Of a stretch of 64,000 bases of DNA, positions 37,666-50,019 are shown in pieces (the first letter of the stretch is position 1; every line of letters begins with the position of its first letter). The notes beneath the pieces are model-generated. The model made no database searches and was not told the DNA's origin. It saw nothing but the letters and a program-made list of their open reading frames with translations. The stretch is taken from the NCBI RefSeq assembly GCF_011386835.1, contig NC_088797.1, positions 70,866,001 to 70,930,000 of the forward strand. The letters run 5' to 3'. The position numbers were made by a program, and so were the translations under genes. Source of the DNA: Chrysemys picta bellii (lineage: Eukaryota).

Positions 37666-38464
37666 TAAGGCTATGATTTTGTCACAGGGGACGCAGAAGT
37701 CAAGGAATCTGTGACTTCCAAAGACCTCTGTGACATCAGCCCCTGTGGCAGGGAGCTGTGAGGTACCCCCACCGTCTGAGGCAGCGGGTCCCTAAGCTCT
37801 GAACTGCCATGGGCAGCGAGGGTACCTTGCAGCTTCCAGCTACCACAGGCAAAAGGGGTACCCAGCAGCTCCTGGACACCGGAGGGGACGGAGGATCCTG
37901 GCAGCTCCCCGGCCACCACAGTGTGGGGTGGGGGGACCCCCATAGTTCCCCAGCTGCGTCTGTGTGGCGGGGAGACCCTGGCAGCTCCCCAGTGTGGCGG
38001 CTGCTGCAAGGGGACCCCTGTAGCTCCTTGGCTGCCACAGCAGGCCAGGGGGACCCCCACAGCACCCCACTGTGGTGGCAGAGGGATTCACGCAGCTCAC
38101 TTCCATTGTGGGGGGGCAGGGGATCCTCTGGAGCCCCCAGCTGCCATGGGGGCAGCGGGGCAACTCCCGCAGCTCCCCACTGCGGCAGCAGAGGGATTCA
38201 CACAGCTCCCCACTGCTGGGGAGGGGGTTAGAGGGACTCCACAGCTCCCCTCTGAAATGGGAGGGCAGGGGGACACTGGAGCTCTGGGTGGTGGGGATCC
38301 CAGACCTCCCAGCCATCCGCAGCTGCACAGCCCCTTCCCATTTTGTCATGGATATTTTTCGTAAAAGTCACGGACAGGTCATGGGCAATAAAGAAAAATT
38401 AATGGAAGCCCGTGACCAGTCCCTGACTTTTACGAAAAATATCCATGACAAAATATTAGCCTTA
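37666..38464. mobile_element. hAT-like non-autonomous element with a GC-rich ~30-nt degenerate tandem interior and a terminal long hairpin
   Basis: TIR taaggctatgattttgtca...tgacaaaatattagcctta; flanks cctatagt / cctacaat (6/8); repeated cagctccccactg units; perfect 31-bp inverted repeat 38340-38370 / 38424-38454. Confidence 0.8.
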
Positions 38465-38589
38465 CCTACAATGCCACAGCAAATACCTGTGTGGAAGAAT
38501 AATACTTTTCCTGTCAGGATCTTTCTCAATAGCTATTGTTTACTATGTTGAGCCTTAAAGGGCCACTGTCAAGGTTGATAAGGCCTTAG

Positions 38590-38760
38590 GGGAGGTAGAG
38601 TTCTGTTCCTACTCTGCCATTAACTCGTGTAACCTTGGGCTAGTCCTGTCACACCTTGCCTCAGTTTCCCCATTTGTGAATTGGAGAGACTGTCCCACCT
38701 TTGTGAAGAACTTTTATGGATGAAAGGCGATAGGACTATTGTTAAAACTGATCTGAAAAT
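38590..38760 (+). mobile_element. CORE/MIR-like SINE fragment
   Basis: gtgtaaccttgggctagtc...tgcctcagtttccccatttgtgaa. Confidence 0.6.
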
Positions 38761-41180
38761 GACAGTTGTTCCATGTTCCAGATTTTCTCTTAGACACCAG
38801 CTGAATGTCTTCCCCCTCTGCCTCTCTTTACCCATGTTGCAAGGGCTGGTTCAAAAACTGAAAGCCATATTTATCTTAAGGATTTTTAATGAGCTCTTGC
38901 AACAACATGGCATAACTGCTCAGGCAGGTCAAGTCAGCATTTAAGCCCTATACATGTTAGTTTCCTTTTAACAGGTCTTGTAAAATCGTCAATATTTACT
39001 AGCCCAGGCAGAAAATATTTATCCCTAGTTTTACTAAGATGGTGATTTTGGGTGGGGAGTGGGGAACGAAAAGAAGGGGTTAAATCCCAATGTTACTAGT
39101 ACTTATCCATGAAAACAAGAGTTACTCATTATAAGCGAGCTGGTGAATAGAATTGTGCTTGGTCGCTTTAACCAGGATGCCTTTCTATCTGTGCCAACAC
39201 ACAATAAATATATTAACTGATCTGAAACTACCTGTGGCTGAAAATATGGCAGCTATTCAACTATGAACATCAGCACTACCCTACAGTTCAGGACACTTCC
39301 AGTGTTTGGTTGCTTGAAATTGCAAATAAGCGCCTGATTTAAAAACAAAATGTACAGGATCTCGTGGCATACACTTCTCACTAACGTGTTAAAGTATTTC
39401 AGCAATTTAGTCACAAGGCATGTGCTCTGGAGCACACGAGAGCTTGACAAATGACTATTTCCTTGGGAGTGTGTGACGAAGAAGCCAGCTTAGCTATGCA
39501 TATTATGTAAGTTGTCAGTAATTTGTTTTTTCCTTTTAAGGCCCACAGCAATAGCTTTGATCGACTCACTCAGAGTGCACTAATGTACGGTATGTTCTAT
39601 CGGGCTAATAATGGCATGGAGGTGCATGTCCAGCTTTGCAAAGGGATGCTAACTGTTAATGAAGCAATCAGCAATAAAGCAGCTGGTGGGAGGGGAAGCA
39701 TTCTTATGAATCGTTTCTAGAACCTGTTCAAAATTGTGTGTGTGAAGATCTTTTTGGAAGGAGGACTAAGATTTTTTTCTTTATTGGAATGGAACTGCAG
39801 ATAAATTTTAAGCTCTGCCTTCCCAGTAGGTAAAAGAGTAGTTTGTAGCTAGCAGCTCTCATGCTTGTTGAAACTTCCCAGAAACAATAAATGACTTTAA
39901 GCAAATGAATCAAGCTGCATTGCCACTTCTCTAACACTGCTCTTGTGACTGCACTCTGGAAAAACAAATCTCTCTGTGGGACGTGTTGCTGCACATTACT
40001 TAGTATTACATGGTAGTTAAACGTACTTTGTTTGAAGACACGGGCAAAGCATTTGTTTTTCCCCAGGCTTGAATGAACCAGAACTCTGTGAAAGTTCACC
40101 GTAAGCAAAATATCCTCACAAAATTCAATATAGAACCTAAATATTGTGTATAAGAACTACCTGCTGGTACTAAAATAAGACCACTTGGCTGCACTGGAGG
40201 CAGGCAGGGTTGAAAAGAAGCCCATCAGCTTTAAAAGTTCACTGAATCTATTATTACATAAATTATTAAATGTATCAGTATTTCAGTGCTTCCAGGGTAT
40301 CTCCCATGGATGCAGAAGGAAGTGCCACAAATACAACCTGAGTGCCTTTCTGGTTTGCCAAGAAAGTGGACATTTAAATCCTGAAGTGGCAGTATTCGTC
40401 TTTCATGCCAAGTCCAAAACCCACCTGCAATCACCAGTCTCCCAACAAATAAAACAGCAGCACTCCTCCCTGGAAGGTTTATCTGTGACTAATGCAGACA
40501 CACAGCCAAAGGAATATAACTGTTGACATCCATCTATATCAATCCAAGCAAACGTTTTCACAAGCAGAACATGCTCAAAGGAGCTTCGCTCACTACAGCT
40601 GGGGTATACATTTCTTTTTCAACAGCAGACAGTAAACCAAACCATTCAATATTTCTGAACTTATAAAACGTAACCATTCCAGAGTGAGCAAATGAATCCC
40701 ATTCAAATTAAAACCATATTTTTTTGCTAACAGAACAAAGCCAATTTAAAAGATTATGGGGCAGATTCTGATCTCAGTGATGTTGATGCACAGCAGGAAT
40801 GATTCCCTTAAAATCAGAGGAGAAGCTGTAGTCATCTTTGAGTATAAATCCGATCAAAATTTAGCTTTGCCATTAACGTATGTGCATGTATAAATACACA
40901 TACCACTACCATATATACATTAACAAAAATCAGTGTACCCATAACTGAAAATCTTGAACTCTTACCCTCATTTTTTTCTGTAATATGTACATAAGCTGTG
41001 GCGGTCTGTAAGATCCCGATGGCTTTCCCAGAGTATAAAAGTCTCAGCCAGCCATTGCAGCTCCAACCTGCCAGAAAAAAATCTCTCTGGCTTCAGCTTT
41101 CCTTCCCGCCAGCTTAGATCTAAACAGCCTCAGGTTCATCTGAGCAAAACCAGAAAGCTCACAGCTTTCCAGGCTGGCTC

Positions 41181-41188
41181 TGACGTCA
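41181..41188. promoter_or_regulatory. Perfect CRE palindrome TGACGTCA
   Basis: Exact motif with its CpG retained, about 170 nt from the candidate alternative exon; a single motif only. Confidence 0.25.
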
Positions 41189-41361
41189 GCCCCTGGCTCA
41201 GCTTTCTGTTGGCTGAGAGAGAGCTTGTCCAATTCAAAAGAAGCTGAGTTTACTAGGGCTGGCTTTTGTGTGTTCACTGTACAAGCGTTGAAAGAAAAGC
41301 CCACCCTCCGCTTTCCTCTATAGAAGCTTTAACACATCCAACAGGTTAGACCGCTTAGTAC

Positions 41362-41424
41362 CTTTTCCCTCCCACCTCTTTTCTCCTTCAGAAACTTAAG
41401 AGGCCTGGAAGAACAACAATACAT
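41362..41424 (-). CDS. RASGEF1A: Candidate alternative upstream coding exon, MYCCSSRPLKFLKEKRGGREK, in frame with ET-MPQT of exon 1
   Basis: 21 stop-free codons ending at AAG|GTACTA (phase 0, matching the 36778 acceptor); possible acceptor ggttgttttcAG at 41443-41444; in-frame TAA four codons upstream of the ATG. The donor is weak and there is no transcript evidence. Confidence 0.5.
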
Positions 41425-42138
41425 CAGCCTCTTTTATACTGACTGAAAACAACCACCATATGCTCTGTGTGGTGATGCTCTCTAGTTTGGGGCTGCCACG
41501 GGGAAGGCAGATAACTGAGCAAAGCACAAGTGTGGCAGATGGAGTTAGTGCATTTCTGACTTGTGGCATTGTGCTAGCCAAACAAAACTGCTGATTCATT
41601 TCTTTGCTCTCGATATAAAAAGATGTGGCTTTTTTGGGGCAGGAAGCGGTGCACACAATCAACATCTGGATGATATTCAAAAGCAAGCCCTAGCAACAGG
41701 CAGACCCATGGCATGGGATATTCAGCAGCACCCAGCCTTGGCCTAATTCTCTTCCCAGTGCCGTCAATGGGGGTTTTACCATCAACTTCAATGGAAGCAG
41801 AGTCGGACCAGTCCTGACAGCTGTTTAAAAAATCCATCTCTTGAGATTTCAAGGTTCAGATTATCATTTTCCCTCCCCCTGCCAACTATTTCAATGCAGA
41901 TCTGAAATTTGTCACCTCTGATGGGATGGTGTTTTGGGAAAATGTCCATAGGGGGTGGGCAGGGAGGCAGTGGCCAATCTTCTGTATAACCACTGCAATC
42001 TCTCTCTCTGAAAACCACTCACTTATGGTCTCTTTCCAATACTAATTGGAATATTGGCACTGCTGTCCCAAACTTCAAAACTGTAAATGGCAGCTTGAGT
42101 CTGCCTGTGCCAGCTCCAGCCCCATGTTTAGGGAAACC

Positions 42139-42444
42139 TAGAATCATAAAAAATGTAGGGCTGAAATGGAGAAATCATCTAGGCCAGCCTGCTGTGCCGA
42201 GGCAGCACCGAGTAAACCTAGACCATCCCTGACAGGTGTTTCTCCAACCTGTTTTTAAAAACCTCCAATGACTGGGATTGCACAACCTTCCTTGGAAGCC
42301 TAGTCCACAGCTTACCTATCCTTATAGTTAGAAAGTTTTTCTTAATAGCTAACCAAATCTCCCTTGCTACGGATTAAGCCCATTACCTCTTGTCCTAGGT
42401 TCAGTGGACATGGAGAACATTTGATCGCTGTCCTCTTTATAACA
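42139..42444 (-). mobile_element. CR1 3'-end fragment
   Basis: tagaatcata (reverse complement of the tail), ctagaccatccctgacaggtgtttctccaacctgtttttaaaaacctcc, gttagaaagtttttcttaat; same subfamily type as 655-2365. Confidence 0.85.
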
Positions 42445-43625
42445 TGCTGGGAGACTGTTAAACTGGTTAAAAGGCAGGGAAAAAGGGGTAGGAATAAATG
42501 GTCGGTTTTCAGAATGGAGAGTGGTAAATAGCGGTGTCCCCCAGGGATCTGTACTCAGACCAGTGCTGTTCCACATATTCATAAATGATCTGGATAAGGG
42601 GGTAAACAGTGAGGTGGCAAAATTTGCAGAAGATATAAAATTACTCAAGCTAGTTAAGTCCAAAACAGACTGAGAGTTACAAAGGGATCTCACAAAACTG
42701 GGCGAGATCAAAGGGCAGATCAAATTCAATGTTGATAAATGCAACGTAATGCACACTGGAAAGCATAATCCCAATTATACATACAAAATGATGGGATCTA
42801 AATTAGCTGTTACCACTCAAGAAAGAGATCTTGGAGTCACTGTGGATAGTTCTCTAAAAAAATCCTCTCTATGTGCAGTGTTATTCAAAAAAGCTAATAG
42901 AATGTTAGGAACCATTAGGAAAGCGATAGATAATGCCGAAAATATCATAATGCCACTATATAAATCCACAGTATGCCCAAGCCTTGAATACGACGTGCAG
43001 TTCTGGTTTCCCCATCTCAAAAAGGGTATATTAGAAATGGAAAAGGTACAGAGAAGGCCAAAAAAAAAAAATAAAGGATATGAAACAGAGTGTGCATCTG
43101 TATGAGGAGAGATTAAAACTATTTGGGACTGTTCATCTTGGAAAAGAGACAGCTAAATGGGGATACGATAGAGGTATATAAAATCATGAATGGTGAGGAG
43201 AAAGTGTATAAGGAAGTGTTGTTTACCCCTTCACATAACACAAGGACACAATTAAATAGGCAGCAAGTTTAAAACAAACAAAATAAAATACTTCTTCACA
43301 TAACACACAGTCAAGCTATGGAACTCGTTGCCAGGGGCTGTGGTGAAAGCCAAAACTATAACAGGGTTCAAAAAAGAACTAGATAAGTTCTTGGAGGATA
43401 GGTCCATCAATGGTTAAAATGGTCAGGAATGCAATCCCATGCTCTGGGTGTCCCTAAGCCTCTGACTGGCAGAAGCTGGGGCTGTACAATAGGGGATGTA
43501 TCCATTGATGATTGCCTTGTTCTTTTCATTCCCTTTGACACATGTGGCATTGGCCACTGTTGGAGCACAGGATATTGGACTCTATAAACCATTGGTTTGA
43601 TCCAATATAGCCATTCTTATGTTAT
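42445..43625 (+). mobile_element. 5'-truncated CR1 LINE of a second subfamily (RT C-terminus plus 3' UTR)
   Basis: [17 protein letters not shown] (decayed YXDD), YTYKMMGSKLAVTTQERDLGVTVDSSLK; tail ccattcttatgtt. Confidence 0.92.
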
Positions 43626-44881
43626 CAGGTTAAGGCCTGTGCTAAAAGTACGGTGATCAATTGTTATAATGTGATGCAATTAGAAAGTACAGCTCCAACC
43701 TACTTGTGAGCATTCAGCATTGTCTTCTGGTAATGTGGGGAAAGAAAGTAACAGTGCATCAGAATCAAGAGGAGACCCTCCCTCCTAAGTTGTTTGAGTG
43801 TGTCATAGTGACCAAAATAATTGTGTCCCCCCCGCTGCCCCAGTTAAAAGAAAGAGGGATAGCTGAGTTGGACTGCGAACAGGGATACAGAAAGGTAGTT
43901 GGCTTTGCTGGCTGGTCTGCAACATCCTCTCTAATTGTCAGGTTTTATGCTTCCCATTCCAAATATTTTTGCTGTGTGACTGTTTTGGACATGCACTTTT
44001 ATCCTCCTGTTGAGCATCCGGCATAAATTGCTGTCAAGAGCAGGATATAAGAAGTACATGGACCAACAAAGAGCAGTCGAATGTTTTCCAAGGGAAATAA
44101 TTTCTAAGTATGAACCCTCATTGAAGAATCAGTTCAATAGTCAGAGCTACACCTAGTAGTACTAACAAAATCAAAAAGTGAATGCACAAGATGTTTTTTT
44201 TTTCAAACCACGCTTTTATCCTATGTTAATCCATTCTCCCTTCCTGTGCAAAAGGATGTTGAGACCAAGTACAGTGCTTGCCAGTTAGAATTAGCAAAAT
44301 GCACCAAGTTAATTAAGCTCCAACAAAAGATTCAGCTTCAATTAATGTTAAAAGCGACTCAGGCTTGCTAATAACATGAGAGATGTGATCAGATCTGGGC
44401 TGGAAGGTGGGTAGGTCTCTCATCAATAAGGGGCATTGTGCCTCATTGAGGGCAGTGCACAGCTATACAGCCCCAAAGGTACGTGTCCCAGGCGTTGCGC
44501 CTTTTGGAGCTTTCCATTGTGCAGGGGGAGGAAAGTCACTGCCCCAGTACTACATGAACACTGAGAGGAAGGGGAAGATCTCCCCTCATTTGGGATGCCT
44601 AATGATACTAGCTTCACCTTTGCTCTCTGAGTGCAAGGATGCTGTGCTTGGCCCCTGCATGGGTATGCTAGGGGAGGCAGCTGCTCTGGCCTCCTCTCCC
44701 CCTGGCACCCCACCAACATGCATACCCTTTCAGGAGCCAGGTGACATCTGGCCCTAGATGCATAAAACATTCAAGGCAAAATGAGAGCTGGCTTCCTACA
44801 AGGGACAGTAGCTGAGGCATGGTGGTCTGTACTGTATTGGGTCTTACTCTGTGCTCATCCCCATAGTATCTGTGCACCTTC

Positions 44882-45198
44882 TCACAAGCTAAATATGAGT
44901 CAATAGTATAACACTCCTGCAAAAACACCAAACATTGTTCTGGAATGTATTAGCAGGAGTGTTGTAAGCAAGACACTAGAAGTAATTCTTCCATGCTACT
45001 CTGCGCTGATAAGGCCTCAACTGGAGTATTGTGTCCAGTTCTGGGCACCACATTTCACGAAAGATATGGACAAATTTGGAGAAAGTCCAGAGGAGAACAA
45101 CAAAAATGATTAAAGGCCTACAAAACATGACTTATGAGGAAAGATTGAAAAAACTGGCTTTGAAATCCTTTCCAGTCCTACACTTGGATGGTTCTATG
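44882..45198 (+). mobile_element. CR1 fragment with an internal deletion
   Basis: Parallels the first CR1 copy from tcacaagctaaatatgagtcaa to acatgacttatgag, then jumps roughly 350 nt to the tail tccagtcc...ttctatg. Confidence 0.8.
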
Positions 45199-45959
45199 CA
45201 TTAAGCGAGGTGACTAACATCTATCACATGTTGGTGCTCTTGTCCTCTCCCCAGGGGGGACATGTGTGGAGTGGAATGTTTGACTTGGAATCTTGTTTTA
45301 ATATACATGTGTGCAAACACATTGCTATGTATGTGTTTAGAGAAGCCAAAGGTAGAAGAAATGCACTTTGCATTTAAAGCGGAAGGTGGTGAGATTTGTG
45401 ATGGTTCTTAGAACCTCATTTCACAGTCTTGGGGTGGCAAGCGAGGAATCTCTGTTTCCAGGCAACAGTTGTATTGGGAGATAGGAGACCTGTGTTCTAT
45501 TAGCAGCCCAGCCACTGACCTACTTTGTCCTCTTGAGTAAGTTGCTTCATCCCTCTTTGTAAAATGTGGGTGAGGACACTTACCAGCCTGTATACAGCAT
45601 TTGCAACCTGCAGATGTAAAAGGCTAGCTAATGCCTAAGTATAATTGTTATTACAGCCATCTTGTTCCTGAACAACCTATACACTTCTTTAAATATGTGT
45701 TTCCTAGTGATTGCATCTTGATACTGGTGGCCAGACATGAGAGCAAGGTTGACCAAGAACTAGATTTGTTCTGTGCATGTCCTGCATGTTACCAAAAAGG
45801 GGACTTGAAACAGACCCTTCATTTTCTACCAAGCAAGTAAAAGAGAAGTCTCCTGCCTCTGGGTGAGTCAGTAGGAGTGACTCTCTCAGTCAGAAGATAC
45901 TTTCAGACTATTTTATGCTGGCTAATTTCAAAGTGTACAAGAACACAAGTGTTAAGAGG

Positions 45960-46255
45960 AAGGCTGACCTTGTCACGGATGCACTGCATTGAGACTCATG
46001 GGGCCTGGGTTCATTTCCTGACACTGCCACATACTTCCTGTGAAAGATGCTTAATTTCTCCGTGCCTCAGTTTCCCACTTGTGAAATGATAATGGTGATA
46101 ATGCTTTCTTTCTCCCATTTTTTGTCTGCCTTATCTGTTTAGATTATAAACTCTTCAGGACAGGGGCTGTCTCTGACTGTGTGTATGTACAGCACCTAAC
46201 ACAATAGGGTCTCAATCTCAGATGTGCCAACTGACATGGAAATAAGAAATAATAA
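45960..46255 (+). mobile_element. CORE-type SINE with an L2-like tail
   Basis: ctgggttcatttcctg, ctccgtgcctcagtttcccacttgtgaaatg, gattataaactcttcaggacaggg, tgtacagcacctaacacaatagggt...aataataa. Confidence 0.65.
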
Positions 46256-47516
46256 CCTTCAAAAGAAAACTTTTGGTAAAAGAGAAAGCTAGAAGTTGAT
46301 TCCAAAGCAAAGTTTTTCTTCTTGTATCAGTGTGAATATTTCCCTTTCTGTCCTCTTTTAGAAGGGAAAAATAACCCATCCCTAATATAATTAGAAGTCA
46401 ATGAAGGAAAAGCTTGTGTTTTTTAATAGTCTCATAAAAGATTAAGAGCTGAATTACAGTATGTTGAAAACAATTTACTTAAATGCACTTGAGCAAAAGT
46501 ACATAAATTGTTCCTACTTCAGAAAAGCAAGTAATTACCAAGAGATCCATTAACAATGATCTTAGGCTACAACCTTAATTACAAGGCAAGTCTCTGAAAT
46601 ATGACATTTAGAGCCTTTCTTGGTTAAAGTCATTTGTTGGTCACATTCCACACACACACTTGTTCAGTAAATAAGTCTGAGTTCATACAACAGCACACAT
46701 ACACATGCCGTAGGGTTACATCATTTGCCTTGATGGAAGAGAAAGGGGCCAAAGGGGGAGAGAGGGCAGGTGGAAAGTGAGCTTGATTGTGCCCAGTTTT
46801 CCTTTTTCTGCAAATTGACTTGTAATGGGCCAACCACAAAAGGCTCAGCTCAGCTAAGAAATCACAATCGGGCCCATGGTCTACTCACACCCTTCAATGC
46901 TTACCCAAACTGACCCTTTTGTTGTTTTCCTGCTATTCTTTAGTAAGCAGTAAAATGTATGCAGCACTCTCCTCTTGTCCCCATTCTTTCCAGCCAGGAA
47001 AATAGTTCAGTGATTAGTCTTGTTTCTATGCTCTGCTTTGGTGTTCAGCCAGACTTATTGCTGGACAGGTCAGAGTGGAATGTGACCCAGGGACAATGTA
47101 TGGAACTGTTAGCTGTCTTGCATGCCCTTGCAATGCTAGAGCATGTCCACTTAGCAAAGTTTATTTTTGAAAGACCCATTTTGGTACACACACATAACTC
47201 TGACAACCATTGTTGTACCTGTTGGGTCTAGCATTCCAGGAGCACCTTATGCCTTTGGTCTAATACTGCTGCTTGAAGCATGGGCTTTTGTTTAACTTGA
47301 AAACATGGCATTGCATTGTGGGATGTTAGGGCCTGCACTGCTTAAGGCTTTCCATCCACATGGTAGAAAATGGTTGTAAACTACACTGGTTGAGCTGAAA
47401 CAGTGCACAGGGTCTTTTCCCGAGAAATGCAATCAACCGCTACAATCAACTCTTGCAACATGCCTGGGATGGCTGTTATGTGCGGGTGCAAGTTCTTGGG
47501 GATGTTTTGCCTAAAG

Positions 47517-48021
47517 CAATGATTCCCAAATGTTTCACTAAGGTAACCCACCAATTGCATTTTGTCTCTTTTTGTGACCCACCCAGAGGTCCATGTTGGG
47601 GCACCCAAAATCATAGGCCAGCATCCTTCTCCTCTCCTGCTGCCCCCTCCTCCTTTGCCCTGCCAAAGGGACACCAACCAGCCACAGCAGCATTTTCCAC
47701 CCCAACGCTGCTTCCCTAATCCTGGACCAGTGTGGAAGGAGGCCCTGCAGGGGCAAGGCAGGCAGGATAGGAGGGGTTGGAGAATAAGTCCACCCAGCAG
47801 TTCCTATTCTGTGGAGCTGTGCATTGCATCCTGGTGCATGAGTCCCTCTCTGGACGTTGCAACCTCACTCATGGGGTCATGGTGCCACTAAGGTTTCTCC
47901 CAGCCACTCTCCAACCCCCCTTCTCTCCTGGGGCTCCCCTCTACATGGGGCCTGCAACCCACCTTGAACCTTCCTATGACCCACCTATGACTTCCTATGA
48001 CCCACTGTTTGGGAAACACAA
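47517..48021. mobile_element. hAT-like non-autonomous element
   Basis: Ends caatgattcccaaa / tttgggaaacacaa resemble CAGTGTTTCCCAAA TIRs; GC-rich interior; target duplication not convincing. Confidence 0.55.
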
Positions 48022-50019
48022 TGTAAACAGGACTCTGAAGTTAAGAGGCTTATACAAATCTTTGGGGGCATCATCAGGCTTTTTGTTTCATGAGATTCTA
48101 GCAATCCCTGGTGCAAACCAGTCTGAAAATACAAAACAAGTTTTGCTGTGGTTCTTGGCTATTTCTGTTTCTCCATCTCAGACTACTGGAAACATGGCCA
48201 TGTGATCATTAAGGCACAGATTTGTTACCTTTTTGGAGGGTGAACAGAATTTCTGCTGGTGGAAGTTCAGTCCTGGAGCCTGAAGTTCTCTAGTCCCAGA
48301 TCAGCTAAATGATAGGCAGCCTCAGCGCTATCTGCCCCTGATTAGCCACCACTGTGCCTCACCCCTGAATTGGAAGGAAAGGATTTTCTCTAGGGGTCAG
48401 AGGTGAATACTCTTTCAGTGTTTTGGCTCACTCCAAGACAGGTGCCTGCTAATGCTAATTGGTGGATGTTTGTGATCTGGACATGTGCTCTTTAGGAACT
48501 GAACGGAGATAAAACCACAGTTCATTTCCCCCCTGAACCTTTTTAAAGGATCTGGATTCAGTTCCATTTGAGTTTGGGCGAAGGGTTGGGTCAGTTCATT
48601 CTTCATCTAAACCAGTTCCCCTGCCTCACTATTAACTCTCATTCTACCAGAGTCGCTTTAAGAAACGAACCACCAATTCTAATTAGGTTACTAAACTTTG
48701 CAAATGGCAGTAGCCTCAGGAGCAGCTCTCGCCATTTTGCCGTCCAGCCTGGAAAATGTTTCTGGCCCACAACTCTTCTCCCCATGAGCGGCTGAGCAGG
48801 AGGGAAGTCAGCTAATTGGGAGAAGAGAGAGAGAGAAGCCAAGGGGGCATTGCAGTTCGGCCCAGACACTGCTCTACTCATCTGCCCCACCGGCCCTAAG
48901 AAGCCTTAAGAAATAGAAAAAATTTGCACAGGCTCAGCAAAGGACAAACAAAGGATGAAGTTCCTCTTTTTTAAAAATTATGTGGTAGAGAAAAACTAAC
49001 ACAAATGAGGTTTCCAGGACTGGTGCATTCAGAAGGGTTAATTAAGCGCAGGCAAGATCAGGCATCTAGTGTGAAAGAAGGTAGATGAAAGGGAAAGTTA
49101 TCCATGACCGTTTTATGGCTTGTCCTTGTTTTACTGAAAGGAGCTGCTAAGGCACATCATCTACAATAGCACCAATGTGGATTCTTGGGGTAAAGCTAAG
49201 CTGCCGCTCCTACTAAAGACATAACTTTTGTTCCATCATTACTCATATGGTATCTATTTTGGAGATAAGTGAGCCTCTCTAAAGGTCTGGTTCAATAATA
49301 CCCAGAAGATCATGTGTGAACCCTATCAGAATCATCCAACAATTCTCAGCTGAGCCTGTAAAACTGAGCTGAGAATTTCAAAAGCATACTCTTTCTCCCA
49401 AGAAAGGGGAGAAATAACACAGAAAGCTTCCCTGGTGCTTTCTGGGGACTTCTGTTTCTGGCTTTGACTGGAACATGGAAGCACAAGGATATGTTAACTT
49501 TAACTAAGATTTTTCAAAACTGACACTGAAAAGATTGGGCCCCAAATTGAAAATTGGTTCTAGTTTGGGCTGCAGTGTCATGGGGTCTGACTTTTTCCCA
49601 ACCGGTTTGCCCTTCACTACCACATTCATGCATCCTCCCCAAAATGAGCCACCCTGCAGAATGTGCAAATCAATTATGCCAAGAAGTGAGCACATAAATG
49701 CTTCAGCACTTTAGTGGGGGCAGGGGGGCAGCAGAGAGAGAAGTCAATCATCTTGATAATGGTGTTTTTGTAAATGCACATGGGTTGCTATTTTTTAACC
49801 TATTCAACAACAAAAAAGTTTATTTTTAGTTTTACAAGCTGCAGGTAATCACAATTAGCAGATGAAGATTACAAATTTTGCTAGTCAAACTCTGCGTAGT
49901 AGAAAATATGATACATTCCTACAGGTTTTTGAGATTATTCATTATGTTCAACTAAGTGGTCAATTCTTTATTTTCTTTTGGTCAATTGCATTTGATTTAG
50001 CAATTTCCTTTGTGAGAGC

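Noticed and set aside
37671-38551. Stack of overlapping 110-170 aa G/P-rich ORFs on both strands
   Set aside because: They arise from the GC-rich tandem interior of the hAT-like element; low complexity, no domain.
39232-39290. Possible upstream exon ending CCA CAG|GTAGTT in phase with exon 1
   Set aside because: In-frame TAG seven codons upstream and no in-frame ATG; at most a non-coding exon, unsupported.
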